From an uncultured delta proteobacterium (GTDB lineage: Bacteria; Myxococcota; Myxococcia; Myxococcales; Anaeromyxobacteraceae): 64,000 bases of DNA. Location of the stretch: positions 1-64,000 of the forward strand of contig CAWJSR010000045.1 in NCBI GenBank assembly GCA_963845515.1, written 5' to 3'. Within the stretch, counting starts at the first letter, position 1; each line of letters starts with the position of its first letter. Made by a program: the position numbers and the translations under genes. Shown piece by piece: positions 9,470 through 20,622 of the stretch. Under the pieces are notes generated by a model. That model saw only the letters and a list, made by a program, of their open reading frames with translations. It had not been told where the DNA came from and searched no databases.

Positions 9470-9837
9470 CCTCGGCCACCCGCAGTGAGCCCGGTGCCGG
9501 CGGGTCGTTCGACGACTACCTCCGGAAGCAGCTTGAGGATCCGGAGCTCCGGCGGGCCTGGGAGGCGCGGATGGTGGTCGCGGAGCTGGCCGTGGCGGTC
9601 CGCAGGATGCGCGAGGAGGCCGGGCTCACGCAGGCGCAGCTGGCCGCACGCATCGGCGTGAAGCAGCCGATGATCGCGCGCGTGGAACGCGGCTCGGATC
9701 CCAGGACGCCCAGGTGGGACGTGCTCCGCCGCGTCAGCCTGGCGCTCGGTAGGCAGCTCGTGCTGGACTTCGTGTCGTCGAAGGTCACGGTGCCGCTCGT
9801 CCAGATCGACGGCGTGCGGCCGGGCGCGGCGGAGTAG
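9466..9837 (+). CDS. XRE-HTH antitoxin (HigA-like)
   Basis: FDDYLRKQLEDPELRRAWE...RRMREEAGLTQAQLAARIGVKQPMIARVERG. GTGA overlap with the toxin stop. Confidence 0.85.
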   Translation: MTSATRSEPGAGGSFDDYLRKQLEDPELRRAWEARMVVAELAVAVRRMREEAGLTQAQLAARIGVKQPMIARVERGSDPRTPRWDVLRRVSLALGRQLVLDFVSSKVTVPLVQIDGVRPGAAE

Positions 9838-9971
9838 GCCCGCGCGCCGGTCCTTCAGGGGTCCTTGAAGCCCCCGCCACTCCTGGCTCAACCCCTCCTG
9901 ATCCCCGTTGGGTCGCGGCCCCCGGATGGATCCGTAGTTACTTGGGTGTGAACATGGTCAAGGCGAACCCC

Positions 9972-12204
9972 ATGGCACCCATCCCCGAAGGACCCGCTCA
10001 AGAGCGGGGGAGCCCAGCCAAGGTCCAGCCGCTCCACGGCCGGAAGGCTCCAGTCCCGCACGCGCTGGAGCCCACCAGCCAGGGGTCGCAGCTTCGGGAT
10101 TACCTCACGGTGATCGCGGAGGAGCGGCGGCTCGTTATGACGATCGTCGCCGTCGTGCTCGCGGTCGGCGCGGCCTACGCCTGGCTCGCGACCCCCGTCT
10201 ACCGCGCCACCCTGCTCGTCCAGGTCGAGGAGAAGAAGAAGGGGGGGGCGCTCGGCGACCTGGCCAACCTCTTCTTCGAGTCGTCTCCGGCCGAGACCGA
10301 GGTCGAGATCCTCCGCTCGCGGACGATGGTCGAGTCGGTGGTCGACTCCCTGAAGCTCGACATCGGCGCCGCACCCCGCCGCTTCCCGGTCGTGGGCGCG
10401 CCGCTCTCCCGCGGCCACGAGGACGAGGGGGGACCGGCCGGCGCGCTCCCCGGGTTCGGGCGGTTCGGCTGGGGCGGCGAGCGGATCGCGCTCTCCAGGC
10501 TCGAGCTGGGGCGCGCGTGGCGCGCGACGCCGCCGGTCCTGAAGGCCGGCGCGGACGGGACGTTCGAGCTGAGCTCCAAGGGGAAGGTCGTGGCGGCGGG
10601 CGCGGTGGGGCAGCTCGTCCGCGGGGAGGGCGTGGAGATCTACGTCTCCGAGCTGCGGGCGCGCCCCGGGACCGAGTTCCTGCTGCGGGCGACGCCGCGC
10701 GACGAGCTGGTGGTGAAGCTCCAGGAGGAGGTCCGGATCACCGAGCGGGGGAAGAAGACCGGGATCCTCCAGCTCGCGCTGGATGGCGAGGACCCCGTCC
10801 GGATCGTGGCCATCCTCGACGCGCTCGCGTCGGCCTACGTGCGGCAGAACGTGGACCGTCGCAGCGCCGAGGCGGAGCAGACGCTCGCCTTCCTCGAGAC
10901 GCAGCTGCCGGCCCTGCGCGGGGAGCTCGAGGCGGCGGAGGCGCGGCTCGAGTCGCACAGGCTGCGGGCCGGCGGCGTCGACGTGACGATGGAGACCCAG
11001 GCGGCGGTGACGAGGTCGGCGGAGATCGAGAAGGCGGCCGCGGAGCTGACGATGGAGATGAGCGCGCTGCGGCAGCGCTTCACCGACGCTCACCCCGTGC
11101 TCGCCGAGGCGCGCGCCCGGCTGGAGCGGCTCACGGCGCAGCGGGGGAGCGTCGAGGGCCGCCTCAAGAAGCTGCCCGAGGCGGAGCTGCAGTCGGCGCG
11201 GCTGCTGCGCGACGTCAAGGTCGCGAACGAGCTCTACATCGGCCTCCTCGACAAGGCGCAGGAGCTGAAGGTCGTGAAGTCGGGGATGGTCGGCAACGTG
11301 CGCGTGCTCGACTCGGGCGCCGCGTCCCCCAAGCCGGTGTGGCCGCGCCTCCCGGCCGTGCTCTCGCTCTCGCTGATGCTCGGCCTCGTCGCCGGTGTCG
11401 CGACCGCGTTCGGCCGCAAGGCGCTCGACCTCGGGATCGAGGATCCCAACGTGATCGAGCGGAGCACGGGGATCGCGATCCACGCCAGCATTCCGCTGAG
11501 CGAGCGCCAGGGTGACATCGAGACGAGGGGCGCCGTGCTCGCGGCGATGGAGCCGCAGGACCCCGCCATCGAGAGCGTCCGATCGCTCCGGACCAGCCTC
11601 CAGTTCGCGCTGCTCGACGCTACGGCGGGGGTGGTCGCCGTGGTCGGCCCGGCGCCGGGGGTCGGAAAGTCGTTCGTCGTCTGCAACCTCGCCCACGTGG
11701 TCGCCGAGGGAGGGAAGAGGGTGCTGGTGATCGACGCCGACCTCAGGCGCGGCCACCTGCACGGGAGCCTCGGCGGTGGGCGCTCCCCCGGCCTGTCCGA
11801 GGTGCTCGCGGGAGAGGCCCCGTGGACGGAGGTGGTCCGCAAGGGCGTCCTCCCCGGCGTCGACTTCCTCGCTGGCGGGCGGCGACCCCCGAACCCCTCG
11901 GTCCTGTTCGAGCGCGAGCGGCTGGGCCGGCTCCTCGCGGACGTGGGCGCTGCCTACGACCTGGTCCTGATCGACACCCCGCCGATCCTGGCCGTGACCG
12001 ACGCGGCGCTCATCGCGGCGCACGCTAGCGTGACGCTCTGCGTGCTGCGCTCGGGGCGCCACCCCGCTGCGGGAGATAGAGGAGGCGCTCCGGCGCTTCG
12101 CGAACGGGGGCGTCCAGGTCGACGGCTTCGTCGTCAACGCGGTGGACTTCAGCCGGGGTTTCGGCGCGAACAGCCGGTACCACTACCAGTACACGTACGA
12201 GTAG
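9972..12204 (+). CDS. wzc: Polysaccharide co-polymerase / BY tyrosine kinase (Wzc/Etk-like); frameshift near 12070; start uncertain (9942-9972)
   Basis: TPVYRATLLVQVE, ETEVEILRSR, GNVRVLD, ESVRSLRTSL, Walker A GPAPGVGKS, IDADLRRG, IDTPP. The Tyr cluster YHYQYTYE* lies in the shifted frame ending at 12204. Confidence 0.92.
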
Positions 12205-12230
12205 GGGGCGCCGGGCATGGCGCGGGTCGC

Positions 12231-13185
12231 ATGAAGCCGTCCCTGGACATCGTCATCGTCAACTGGAACGCGGGCGCGCAGCTCAGTGAGTGCGTGTCCT
12301 CGATCGCCTCGGCCGACCTCTCCACGCTCGAGCTCCGGCGGCGTCGTCGTCGTGGACAACGCGTCGACCGACGGCTCCGCAGAGGGGCTCCCCGACGCCG
12401 GTGGAACGCTCGCCGTCCTGCGCAACTCCGGGAATCGGGGCTTCGGCGCCGCGTGCAACCAGGGCGCCAGGGAGAGCAGGGCGGACTACCTGCTCTTCCT
12501 CAACCCGGACACGGCGCTGCGGCGGGACTCGCTCGCGGCGCCCCTCTCGTTCCTGGAGGATCCCGCGCAACGCGGGCGTCGGCATCTGCGGGATTCCGCT
12601 CACCGACCGCGTCAGGACGGGTCGCGCGCTCCTGCTCCCGCTTCCCGACGGCGCTCATGTTCCTCTCCAGGATGGTGGGCGCGCAACCTGGTGCTCCCGC
12701 CGTCGCTCGCGCGGCAGCCGATGACCGAGTGGGACCACTCGACGAGCCGTGACGTGGACCAGGTGATCGGGGCGTTCTTCGTCGTCCGCCGCGCGCTGTT
12801 CGAGGAGCTGCACGGCTTCGACGAGCGCTTCTTCGTCTACTTCGAGGAGGTGGACTTCTCGCTGAGGGCGGGAGCCAGGGGGTTCCGCAGCCACTTCCTC
12901 GCGACGGCCAGCGCCTTCCACGCCGGCGGCGGCTGCTCGAACCAGGTCAAGGCGCGGCGGCTCACCTACAACCTGCGGAGCCGGATCGAGTACGCGCTGA
13001 AGCACTTCCCCGGCGGCTCGGCGGTCGCGCTCGTGCTGGGGACGCTCCTCGTCGAGCCGCTCACCCGGATGGTGACCGCCCTGCTGCGGAGATCGCCGGA
13101 CGACTTCAGGGAGACGCTCCAGGCATACCGGGAGCTGTGGCGGCAGGCGCCCAGCCTCGTGGCACGTTCGCTGCGCGGTGGTTGA
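12231..13185 (+). CDS. GT2 glycosyltransferase; frameshifted
   Basis: MKPSLDIVIVNWN, VVDNASTDGS, NRGFGAACNQG, LFLNPD, GFDERFFVYFEEVDFSLR. Confidence 0.88.
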
Positions 13186-13186
13186 G

Positions 13187-14630
13187 ATGGCGAGGACCCA
13201 CACACGTGCCGCCGCGGCGCTGCTCCTCCTCGCGGGGTGCCTGGCGCACCGCGGAGTCGCCCCCGCACCGGGCCATCCCCTCGCGCCTGCGGGGGTGGTC
13301 GCGCTGGCGCTCACCCCGGTGAGCGAGCCGGGCAGCCTCGCCGCACTCCAGGGTCGAACGGTGAGCGTCCGCGACTTCGGCGCCGCGGGCGACGGCGTGG
13401 CCGACGACGGGGCGGCGATCAACGCCGCAATCGAGGCCGCGGCGGTCGGTGGCGGGGTCGTCTTCTTCCCGGCCGGGACCTACTCGGTGGGCTCGTCCGT
13501 CCGCTCGCCGGTCGCGGGCTTCCTGAACGGCACCTTCGTGGAGCTCAGGTCGGGCGTGGCGCTGGCGGGAGCCGGGTCCGCGACCGTCGTTCGCGTGAAG
13601 GATGGCGTCCAGTCCAGCCGGGCCGACGAGCTGCACCGGCCACGTCTTCCAGGGGGTCGGCGTCTCGCGCGTCGTGATCCGGGACCTCCTGATCGACCTG
13701 AACGGCGCCAACAACCTGACGCCCGCCGGGCGCCTCCGGAACGGCCACGCGATCCGGTTCCTGAACGGCGGAGGCGACGTCCGCATCGAGAACGTCACGG
13801 TGCTGAACAACCCTGGGCACAACGACATCGCGGCCAACGGGCCCGGGCGGGGGCTGGTCGTGGCGGGGTGCACCCTCCGAAACGGGGGCCACTACGTCAC
13901 CGGGCCCGAGAACGTCCACAACACGGACTTCAGCTTCGTCTACTCGGAGTGGTCGGACACGAGCGTCGAGGGCAACCTCATCGAGCAGGCGGCGCCGGAC
14001 GTCGCGCTGCAGGGGTACTCGGGCGGGATCGAGCTGCACGGCAGCGACTCGCGCGCGGTGCGCAACGTGCTGAGGGGCTGCGACCCTGCGGTCTGGATCG
14101 CGAGCGCGCCGGCCGCGATCGCGCGCGTCGTGGTCGCCGACAACAGGATGGAGCGGTGCCTCCGCGGAGTGGCGTTCTGGAACGCCCTCCCGATGAGCGA
14201 CGTCACCGTGGAGCGCAACACCATCGACGTCTACCGCACGCCGACCAGCCCATCCGAGGTGGCCGTCGGGATACACCAGCCCAACGGCGGGACGGCGGTG
14301 TTCGACGCTGCGAACGCGAACGCGGCGGCCATCGAGCGGCTGCGGATCCTCGGAAACGTGGTGACGTGCAGCCTCCCTGCGGGGAGCACCCTGGTCGCGC
14401 GCGGGATCGAGCTCCACGGCGTGGTGAACGGAACCATCTCCGGAAACCGCATCGCCGGGATGACCGACGTGGGGATCCTCCTGCTCCGCTCACCGTGGGG
14501 GCTGACGAACCTCGCCATCGACGGCAACGAGATCGTCGACAGCGGCCGCTCACCGGCGCTCGGCCCCGAGCGGCGTGCCGCCATCCTCGTGAACGTCGCC
14601 GGATCGCCCGGGACGATCCCGGTGCCTTGA
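13187..14630 (+). CDS. Right-handed beta-helix (pectate-lyase-3/tailspike-like) putative lipoprotein; frameshift near 13620
   Basis: Signal peptide ending LLLLAGC. VSVRDFGAAGDGVADDGAAINAAI..VFFPAGTY, followed by Asn-ladder repeats (VEGNLI, VADNRM, ISGNRI, IDGNEI). Confidence 0.8.
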
Positions 14631-14639
14631 GGAGCGGTC

Positions 14640-15584
14640 ATGCTTCGACGGGTCAGCGGCGTCATCCGTGCCCAGGGGATCCGGGGGTTGGTCCGCTCCG
14701 CGGTGAGGCGGGTGCTCGGCTTCAGGCCGCGCAGCTACGCGCTCTGCCGCGCGCTGGTCGAGGGCCGGTCCGGGATCGAGCTCGGCGGCCCGAGCCCGAT
14801 CTTCTCGCCCGGACACCTGCTGCCGCTGTATCCCGTCGTCGGAGCGCTGGACAACTGCAACTTCGCCGCCTCGACGATCTGGCAGGGGGCGCTCCAGGAG
14901 GGCCGGCACTTCCACTTCAGCCCGGGGCGCGCTCCGGGCGCCCAGCTGATCCGGGAGGCGACGGACCTCTCCGTCGTCGCCGACGACCGGTACGACTTCG
15001 TGCTGTCGAGCCACACCCTGGAGCACCTCGCGGACCCGCTGAAGGCCCTCCGGGAGTGGCGCCGCATCCTGAGGCCGGGCGGCGCGCTCGTGCTCGTCGT
15101 GCCGCACGGCGAGGGGACGTTCGACCACCGCCGTCCCGTCACGACCCTCGAGCACCTCCGGCAGGACTTCGAGGCCGGCGTGCCGGAGGGCGACCTCACG
15201 CACCTCGAGGAGATCCTCGCGCTGCACGACCTCGCGCGCGACCCGGGGGCCGGGGACCGGGCGACCTTCGAGGCGCGGTGCCGCGAGAACGGGAGGTACC
15301 GGGGCTTCCATCACCACGTCTTCGACTCGCGCCTGGTCGCGGAGCTGGTCGGCAGCGCCGGCCTCCAGCTGCTGTCGCTCGAGGCGGTGCTGCCGTTTCA
15401 CGTCATCGCGATCGCGAAGAAGCCGGAGCGGGGGAGCGCCGGCTCATCGGAGGAGCTGGTGCGCGCGAGCCTGGCCGGGAGCCCGTTCGCGTGGGATCGG
15501 CGCAGCGCGGCCTCGGCTCCAGGGAGGCTCAGCCCGGGTGCGCAGCAGGGGCCCCGAGGGAGCCGCGCTGCGTCACCCTGGTGA
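14640..15584 (+). CDS. Class I SAM-dependent methyltransferase
   Basis: GIELGGPS, YDFVLSSHTLEHLADPLKALREWRRILRPGGALVLVVP. The 3' end overlaps the convergent wzy by 56 bp. Confidence 0.82.
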   Translation: MLRRVSGVIRAQGIRGLVRSAVRRVLGFRPRSYALCRALVEGRSGIELGGPSPIFSPGHLLPLYPVVGALDNCNFAASTIWQGALQEGRHFHFSPGRAPGAQLIREATDLSVVADDRYDFVLSSHTLEHLADPLKALREWRRILRPGGALVLVVPHGEGTFDHRRPVTTLEHLRQDFEAGVPEGDLTHLEEILALHDLARDPGAGDRATFEARCRENGRYRGFHHHVFDSRLVAELVGSAGLQLLSLEAVLPFHVIAIAKKPERGSAGSSEELVRASLAGSPFAWDRRSAASAPGRLSPGAQQGPRGSRAASPW

Positions 15585-16752
15585 AGGCGAGCAGGAGGAA
15601 CGCCTGCACCCAGGTCGACAGCAGGGAGAAGTACTGGTCCTGGAAGACCTGCATGATCAACGGGTAGAGCAGCAGGGCGTAGGCGAGCGTGTACACGCGT
15701 CGCCCCTCGCGCGCCTTGACGAAGGCGAGTCCGTGCAGGAAGCCGAAGAGCGCCTGGAAGGCGACGACGCCCGTCCAGCCGAAGTCGGCGTGGTAGGGCC
15801 TGAAGACCGAGTAGACGTTCGTGGTGAACGGGACGTTCCTGAACTCCTGGACCAGGTTGCGTGGCTCCGGGCCGACCCCGAGCCGGTGGAGCACGGCGAA
15901 GAGCGTCCGGAAGGTGTTCTGGCCGCTGTCCCCTGACGTCGCGGTCGCCAGGTAGTCGTTGAGCCCCGCGGTGCCGCCGACGAGGTACTCGGTGAACGTC
16001 GACGCGAAGCCCGACGTGATGCTCGAGCCCTCGGAGATCCCCTTGTTCATGATGAGGGCGACGAGGCCGAAGACCAGGAGGAAGGAGCCGCCCGCCAGCG
16101 CGACGAAGGTCCTGAGGCGGATCCGCCCGGAGACCGCGAGCCCGCCCCCGACGACGGCTACGAGCAACAGGAACGCCGTGCGACCGCTGCTGGTCAGGGC
16201 GTAGATCGCCGACACGCCGAACAGCAGCCGCGACTTCCAGAGAGTGCTGCGCACGAGCCCAAGGACGTGGAGCGCCGTGCCGAAGATGGAGAACGTGAGG
16301 AGGTAGCCGAGGAGGCCGAGCGTGGTGGCGCCGGGGTCTGCCGCGCTGATGGCGAGCCGGAGGTTGATCGCGACGTTCTCCGTGGGCCCCGACGTCGCGA
16401 GCGCCCACACCCGAAGCAGGAAGAACGGGAGGCCGAGGACCGCCACCCACACGATCCAGTCTCCCGACGGCGGCTCGCTCGCGGCCGGCTGCTGGAGGGA
16501 GCGATCGCGGCGAGACCAGTCCTGCAGCACCGGGATGAGGGCGCCGAGGGAGAAGACCAGCACCCCGGCCACGATCATCGCCCCGGTCTCCGGCCGGAGG
16601 GGATGGAGGCGGTCCGCCTCCGCGCAGTAGACCGCGAGCGTGACCGCCCAGACCGAGCCCAGGATGACCGGCGGGAAGGCCCATTCGCGGACCAGCGACC
16701 AGTTCGCGTAGGCGATGGCCGCGAGCGCGACGAGCGTGAGGCAGGCGATCAT
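15529..16752 (-). CDS. wzy: O-antigen/polysaccharide polymerase
   Basis: 407-aa polytopic membrane protein starting MIACLTLV, with TNVYSVFRPYHADFGWTG and FQDQYFS. ATGA overlap with the upstream flippase ORF. Confidence 0.78.
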   Translation of the reverse strand: MIACLTLVALAAIAYANWSLVREWAFPPVILGSVWAVTLAVYCAEADRLHPLRPETGAMIVAGVLVFSLGALIPVLQDWSRRDRSLQQPAASEPPSGDWIVWVAVLGLPFFLLRVWALATSGPTENVAINLRLAISAADPGATTLGLLGYLLTFSIFGTALHVLGLVRSTLWKSRLLFGVSAIYALTSSGRTAFLLLVAVVGGGLAVSGRIRLRTFVALAGGSFLLVFGLVALIMNKGISEGSSITSGFASTFTEYLVGGTAGLNDYLATATSGDSGQNTFRTLFAVLHRLGVGPEPRNLVQEFRNVPFTTNVYSVFRPYHADFGWTGVVAFQALFGFLHGLAFVKAREGRRVYTLAYALLLYPLIMQVFQDQYFSLLSTWVQAFLLLAFTRVTQRGSLGAPAAHPG

Positions 16753-18235
16753 CGAAGGATCCCGAGGACCTGGCGCTTCACGTGGCCCAGCCCGTCCCGA
16801 TCGAGCAGCACCGTCCAGATCAGGATCGCCTCCGCCAGGACGACGGCGGTGAACAGGATTCCCTTGGCGACGAGCGGCGCCGGGAGGAGCGAGGTCGCGA
16901 ACACGGCCGTGGCAGTGGCCGCCGCTGCGAGCTGCGGACGGGTCGGCAGCCCGGAGGGCGCAGAGGCCCTCCGCGCGAGGAGCAGCAGCAGGATCAGATC
17001 CAGCCCCATCCGGAGCGCCCACGCCAGCGCAGTGCCGGTGATGCCGAACCGGAGCGTGAGCCCGACCACGAGCGCCAGGTACGCCGGAAGCTCCACGAGA
17101 TGGATCTTCGCGGTGACGTCCGGTCGCCCGGCCCCCTGCAGGAGGGCGAAGGGCACGGTCGCGATGCCGTTGAGCAGGCACCCGAGCGCGATGAGCTGCA
17201 CGACGTGGTGCGCAGCGTCGGCGAACTCGGGCCCGAGCCAGAGGCCGAGCCCTTCCCGCGCGAAGAGCGACGCCGCGAAGGTGGGCACGAACATCGCGAG
17301 GGCCATGTACCGGACGCCCAGCCGGTAGAGCCGGCTGGCCTCGCCGTGCCCCTGCGACGTCAAGGAGCTGAAGAGCGGGAAGAGCACGGTCACCACCGCG
17401 CCGGGGATGACGAGGAGCTTGGTGACCACCTCGAACGGAATCGTGTACCAGGCGACGACCTGGAGCGAGGCGCCGTGCCCCAGGATGAACCGGTCCAGGT
17501 AGACCATCAGCGGGCTGATCACGCTGCTGATCGTCATCCAGCCACCGAACCGCAGGAGCGGCCCCACCTGCCGGTGATCGAGGGAGAAGCCGGCGAGGAG
17601 GTTCGGCATGGAGCGCACGCACGCCACGCCGTACGCGATCCAGGCCGCGAGCCGCCCGACGAAGAGCAGGACCGCCACGGCCGCGAGGCTCCGGGTGCCC
17701 AGCGGCCAGAGGAGCAGGGGGCAGACGATCAGCCAGACGCCGAGCGGCGTGCGCACCGCGTTGCTGACCAGGAACCTGCCCTGCGCCTCCAGGACCCCCC
17801 GGAGCCCTGCGGAGGTGACGACGAGGGGCACGGTCAGCGCCAGCACGCGGACTGCGACGACCGCCTCGGGCTGGAGCGCCGGCGGAATCCGCAGCGCCGA
17901 CGCGACGAGCCAGTCGGCGCCCGCTGCGATGGCGAGCCCCGCCAGCACGCCGAGGCCGAGCATGATCGCCAGCGCGGTCCAGATCAGGCGTGCGACGCGG
18001 GGTCGGTCGGCGGCGTCGAGCGTCTCCGCGACCAGCTTCGTCAGGGCTCGACCGATGCCGAGATCGAACAGGCTGACGTAGCCGATCAAGGCCCAGGCGA
18101 GCGTGAGGAACCCGACCCGGTCGGTCCCGAGGAAGCGATTCAGGTGCGGTATGGCGACGACCGCCGCCGCTAGCGGGGCGAGCATCCCGGCCAGGTTCAG
18201 GGCGGTGTTCGCGGCGATCGAGCGGGGCGGCGGCG
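16749..18235 (-). CDS. wzx: Wzx flippase (in frame with the upstream GT4 as sequenced)
   Basis: SIAANTALNLAG, LFDLGIGRALTK, LLRFGGWMTISSVISPLMVYLDRFILG, LLQGAGRPDVTAKIHLVE. Confidence 0.88.
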
Positions 18236-19331
18236 GCGAGGCGCTTCGAGCGGGCCGCACCGCGGCCGCTGCGTCGCACAGGAGCCCGGTCAGGCGTGGC
18301 GCGACGACCTGCAGGGTGTAGCGCGCCTCGAGCCGCGCACGCCCCGCCGCGCCCATCCGTGCGCGCAGGTCGGCGGAGTCCCCGAGCGCCCGGAGCGACG
18401 CGAGCCACTCCTCGTCGCTGCGCGCCAGGAAGCCGGTCTCACCGTCCGCGACGATCTCGAGGTTTGCCCCGACGGGCGACGCGATCACGGGGAGCCCGCA
18501 CGCCATGTACTGGATCAGCTTGAAGCCGCACTTCCCACGCTCCCAGGGGGAGTCGGGGAGCGGCATTATCCCGATGTCGAGCTGACGCAGCGCGGCCACC
18601 TCTCCGTCGGAGCTCCAGGGCACCGCCTCGACCGGGACGCCGCGCAGCGTGAACCCCTTCGTGGCTCCGATCAGGTGCATCCGGGCGCCGCGCTCGGCGC
18701 AGAACGAGGCGAGGGCGGGCGCGACGTGCTCCAGGTGCGCCTGCGTGCTCGGAGAGCCGATCCAGCCGACCGTGAGCCCCGCGTGCGCCGGCAGCGGCGC
18801 CGACGGGTAGCGATCGACGTCGATCACCGTCGGGAGGATCGCCACCGCCGGGGCCCCCGCGGCGCGCGCGTGCGCCGCGAGGTAGGCGTTGCCTGCGATC
18901 ACCAGGTCGGCGGCCGCCATGATCCGGTCGACCTTGCGCCCCAGGAGGGCGCGAACCAGCGGGGAGCCGTGCCGATCGTAGCGATGGAAGGTCGCGTCGT
19001 CGTAGTCGACGACGACGGGGGTGCCAGCGGCGCGAAGGAGCAGGAGCCGCTCGACCACGCCTGGGACGAACGGGAGCAGCTCCTTCTCGATCCAGATCAG
19101 ATCGTAGGAGCGCGCGCTGGCGACCTGACGGATGCGACGCAGGGCGGCCTGCGCGAGCTGGAGCGCGCTGCGGCGCCGGCCGCCGTAGAGCGCCTCGATG
19201 TAGCTGGCGTCGAGGAGGGGGGCCTCGTCCACCTGGACCCCGGCGTCCCGGAGGGACGGGAGGAACTGGTACATCCGGTAGCGGCTGCTGGAGCCGGCGG
19301 CGTCGTACCGCGTGAGGCAGAGGACCTTCAC
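18236..19331 (-). CDS. GT4 glycosyltransferase (no stop before wzx)
   Basis: VKVLCLTRY...SSRYRMYQF, VVDYDDA, VGWIGS, GKCGFKLIQYMACGLPVIASPVGAN. GTG start overlaps the upstream TGA. Confidence 0.86.
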
Positions 19332-20563
19332 GCCGGCCTCGGCGTTCCGCCAGCGTCGTAGCGCGCCAGGAGCGCCTCCCACATCGCGACCTGGGAGAAC
19401 TCGTCGCGCACCCGCGCGCGCGCGGCGCGTCCGTGGGCCCTGCGAAGGTCCTCGTCCTCCAGGTACGACGCGAGCGCGCTCGCCAGGGCCTCCGGGTCGC
19501 GCGGCGGGACGAGCCTGCCCGTGACCCCGTCCACGACGGCGTCGGTGCAGCCGGGCACGCGCGTCGCCACGACCGGCAGCTCCATCGCCGCTGCCTCCAG
19601 CGGCACCACCGGGAACCCCTCGCGATGGGTCGGCAGCACGACGACGTCCATGGCGGCGTACAGGCGCGGCGTGTCCCAGTCCAGGCCGCTGAGGTGCACC
19701 CGCGGATCCTGGCACAGCGCCGCGCGAACGGCGGGAGGAGCGGGGTCGAAGGGCTCCCAGGGACCCACGAGGAGGAGATGAGCGTCGGCGAACCGGGCGC
19801 GGAGGCTCGCCCACGCCTCGGCGAGCTCGGAGATGCCCTTCTCGCGCACCAACCGTCCCACGAAGCCGATGACCGCGGCCGAGTCGGGGATCCCGTGCTC
19901 GGACCGACACGACCGGCGAACCGGCTCGAGCTGCGGACGGAAGCGGGTCGTGTCCACCCCGTTGATGGTACCGCCGAGCAGCACCTCGATCCGCGCGTCA
20001 CCCGCCAGCCGCTCCTCGGTGGCGAGGCGGGCGATCGATCTGCTCACGCACAGGACCTGCGTGGCGGCGGCGCACGAGACCCTCTCGGTCGACCGGAGCA
20101 GCCAGCGCGACCAGCCGCGTCGGGTCACGAAGGGCAGCCCGTGGATGTGGTAGATGCGCGTCGGGACCCGGGCGAGCCACGCGGCCAACATCCCCAGCAG
20201 CCCGCCCTTGGGCGTGTGCGCATGGACGATGTCGGGCCTGAGCGTGCGGAGGAGGGTCCACAGCCTGGCGAGGGCCACGAGATCCCGGAGGGGCGTGATC
20301 CGTCGGGGCATCTCGATCGCGACCCCGACCATCCCCTCCGCCGCGCAGATGCGCGCCAGGTCCTCACCGCCGGACGACACGGCGAAGACCTCGAAGCCAT
20401 GGCGCTGCATGTACCGCGGCTGACCCGCGAGGAAGCGCAGGGTCTCGGGAACGGTCGTGACGTGGACCAGGCGTCGGTGGCGCATGGCCCGGGCTGCGTC
20501 GGGTGTGGGCTCTGTTCGCATCACGCCTATCGCGTCGGTCGCGCCGAGATCGTATGTTTGCAT
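19328..20563 (-). CDS. GT4 glycosyltransferase (CapM-like); true start may be about 20485-20518
   Basis: LVHVTTVP, HAHTPKGGLLG, GFVGRLVREKGISEL, REGFPVVPLEAAAMELPVV. Confidence 0.88.
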   Translation of the reverse strand: MQTYDLGATDAIGVMRTEPTPDAARAMRHRRLVHVTTVPETLRFLAGQPRYMQRHGFEVFAVSSGGEDLARICAAEGMVGVAIEMPRRITPLRDLVALARLWTLLRTLRPDIVHAHTPKGGLLGMLAAWLARVPTRIYHIHGLPFVTRRGWSRWLLRSTERVSCAAATQVLCVSRSIARLATEERLAGDARIEVLLGGTINGVDTTRFRPQLEPVRRSCRSEHGIPDSAAVIGFVGRLVREKGISELAEAWASLRARFADAHLLLVGPWEPFDPAPPAVRAALCQDPRVHLSGLDWDTPRLYAAMDVVVLPTHREGFPVVPLEAAAMELPVVATRVPGCTDAVVDGVTGRLVPPRDPEALASALASYLEDEDLRRAHGRAARARVRDEFSQVAMWEALLARYDAGGTPRPA

Positions 20564-20622
20564 GAAAGCTCCGCGCGACGCATGCGGGGTCGTACCGAGT
20601 CCTCGCGCGACATGGGAGCAAC

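Noticed and set aside
9942..12752. Wzc-GT2 fusion suggested by the ORF track
   Set aside because: A frameshift near 12070 bypasses the real Tyr-cluster end and the stop at 12204.
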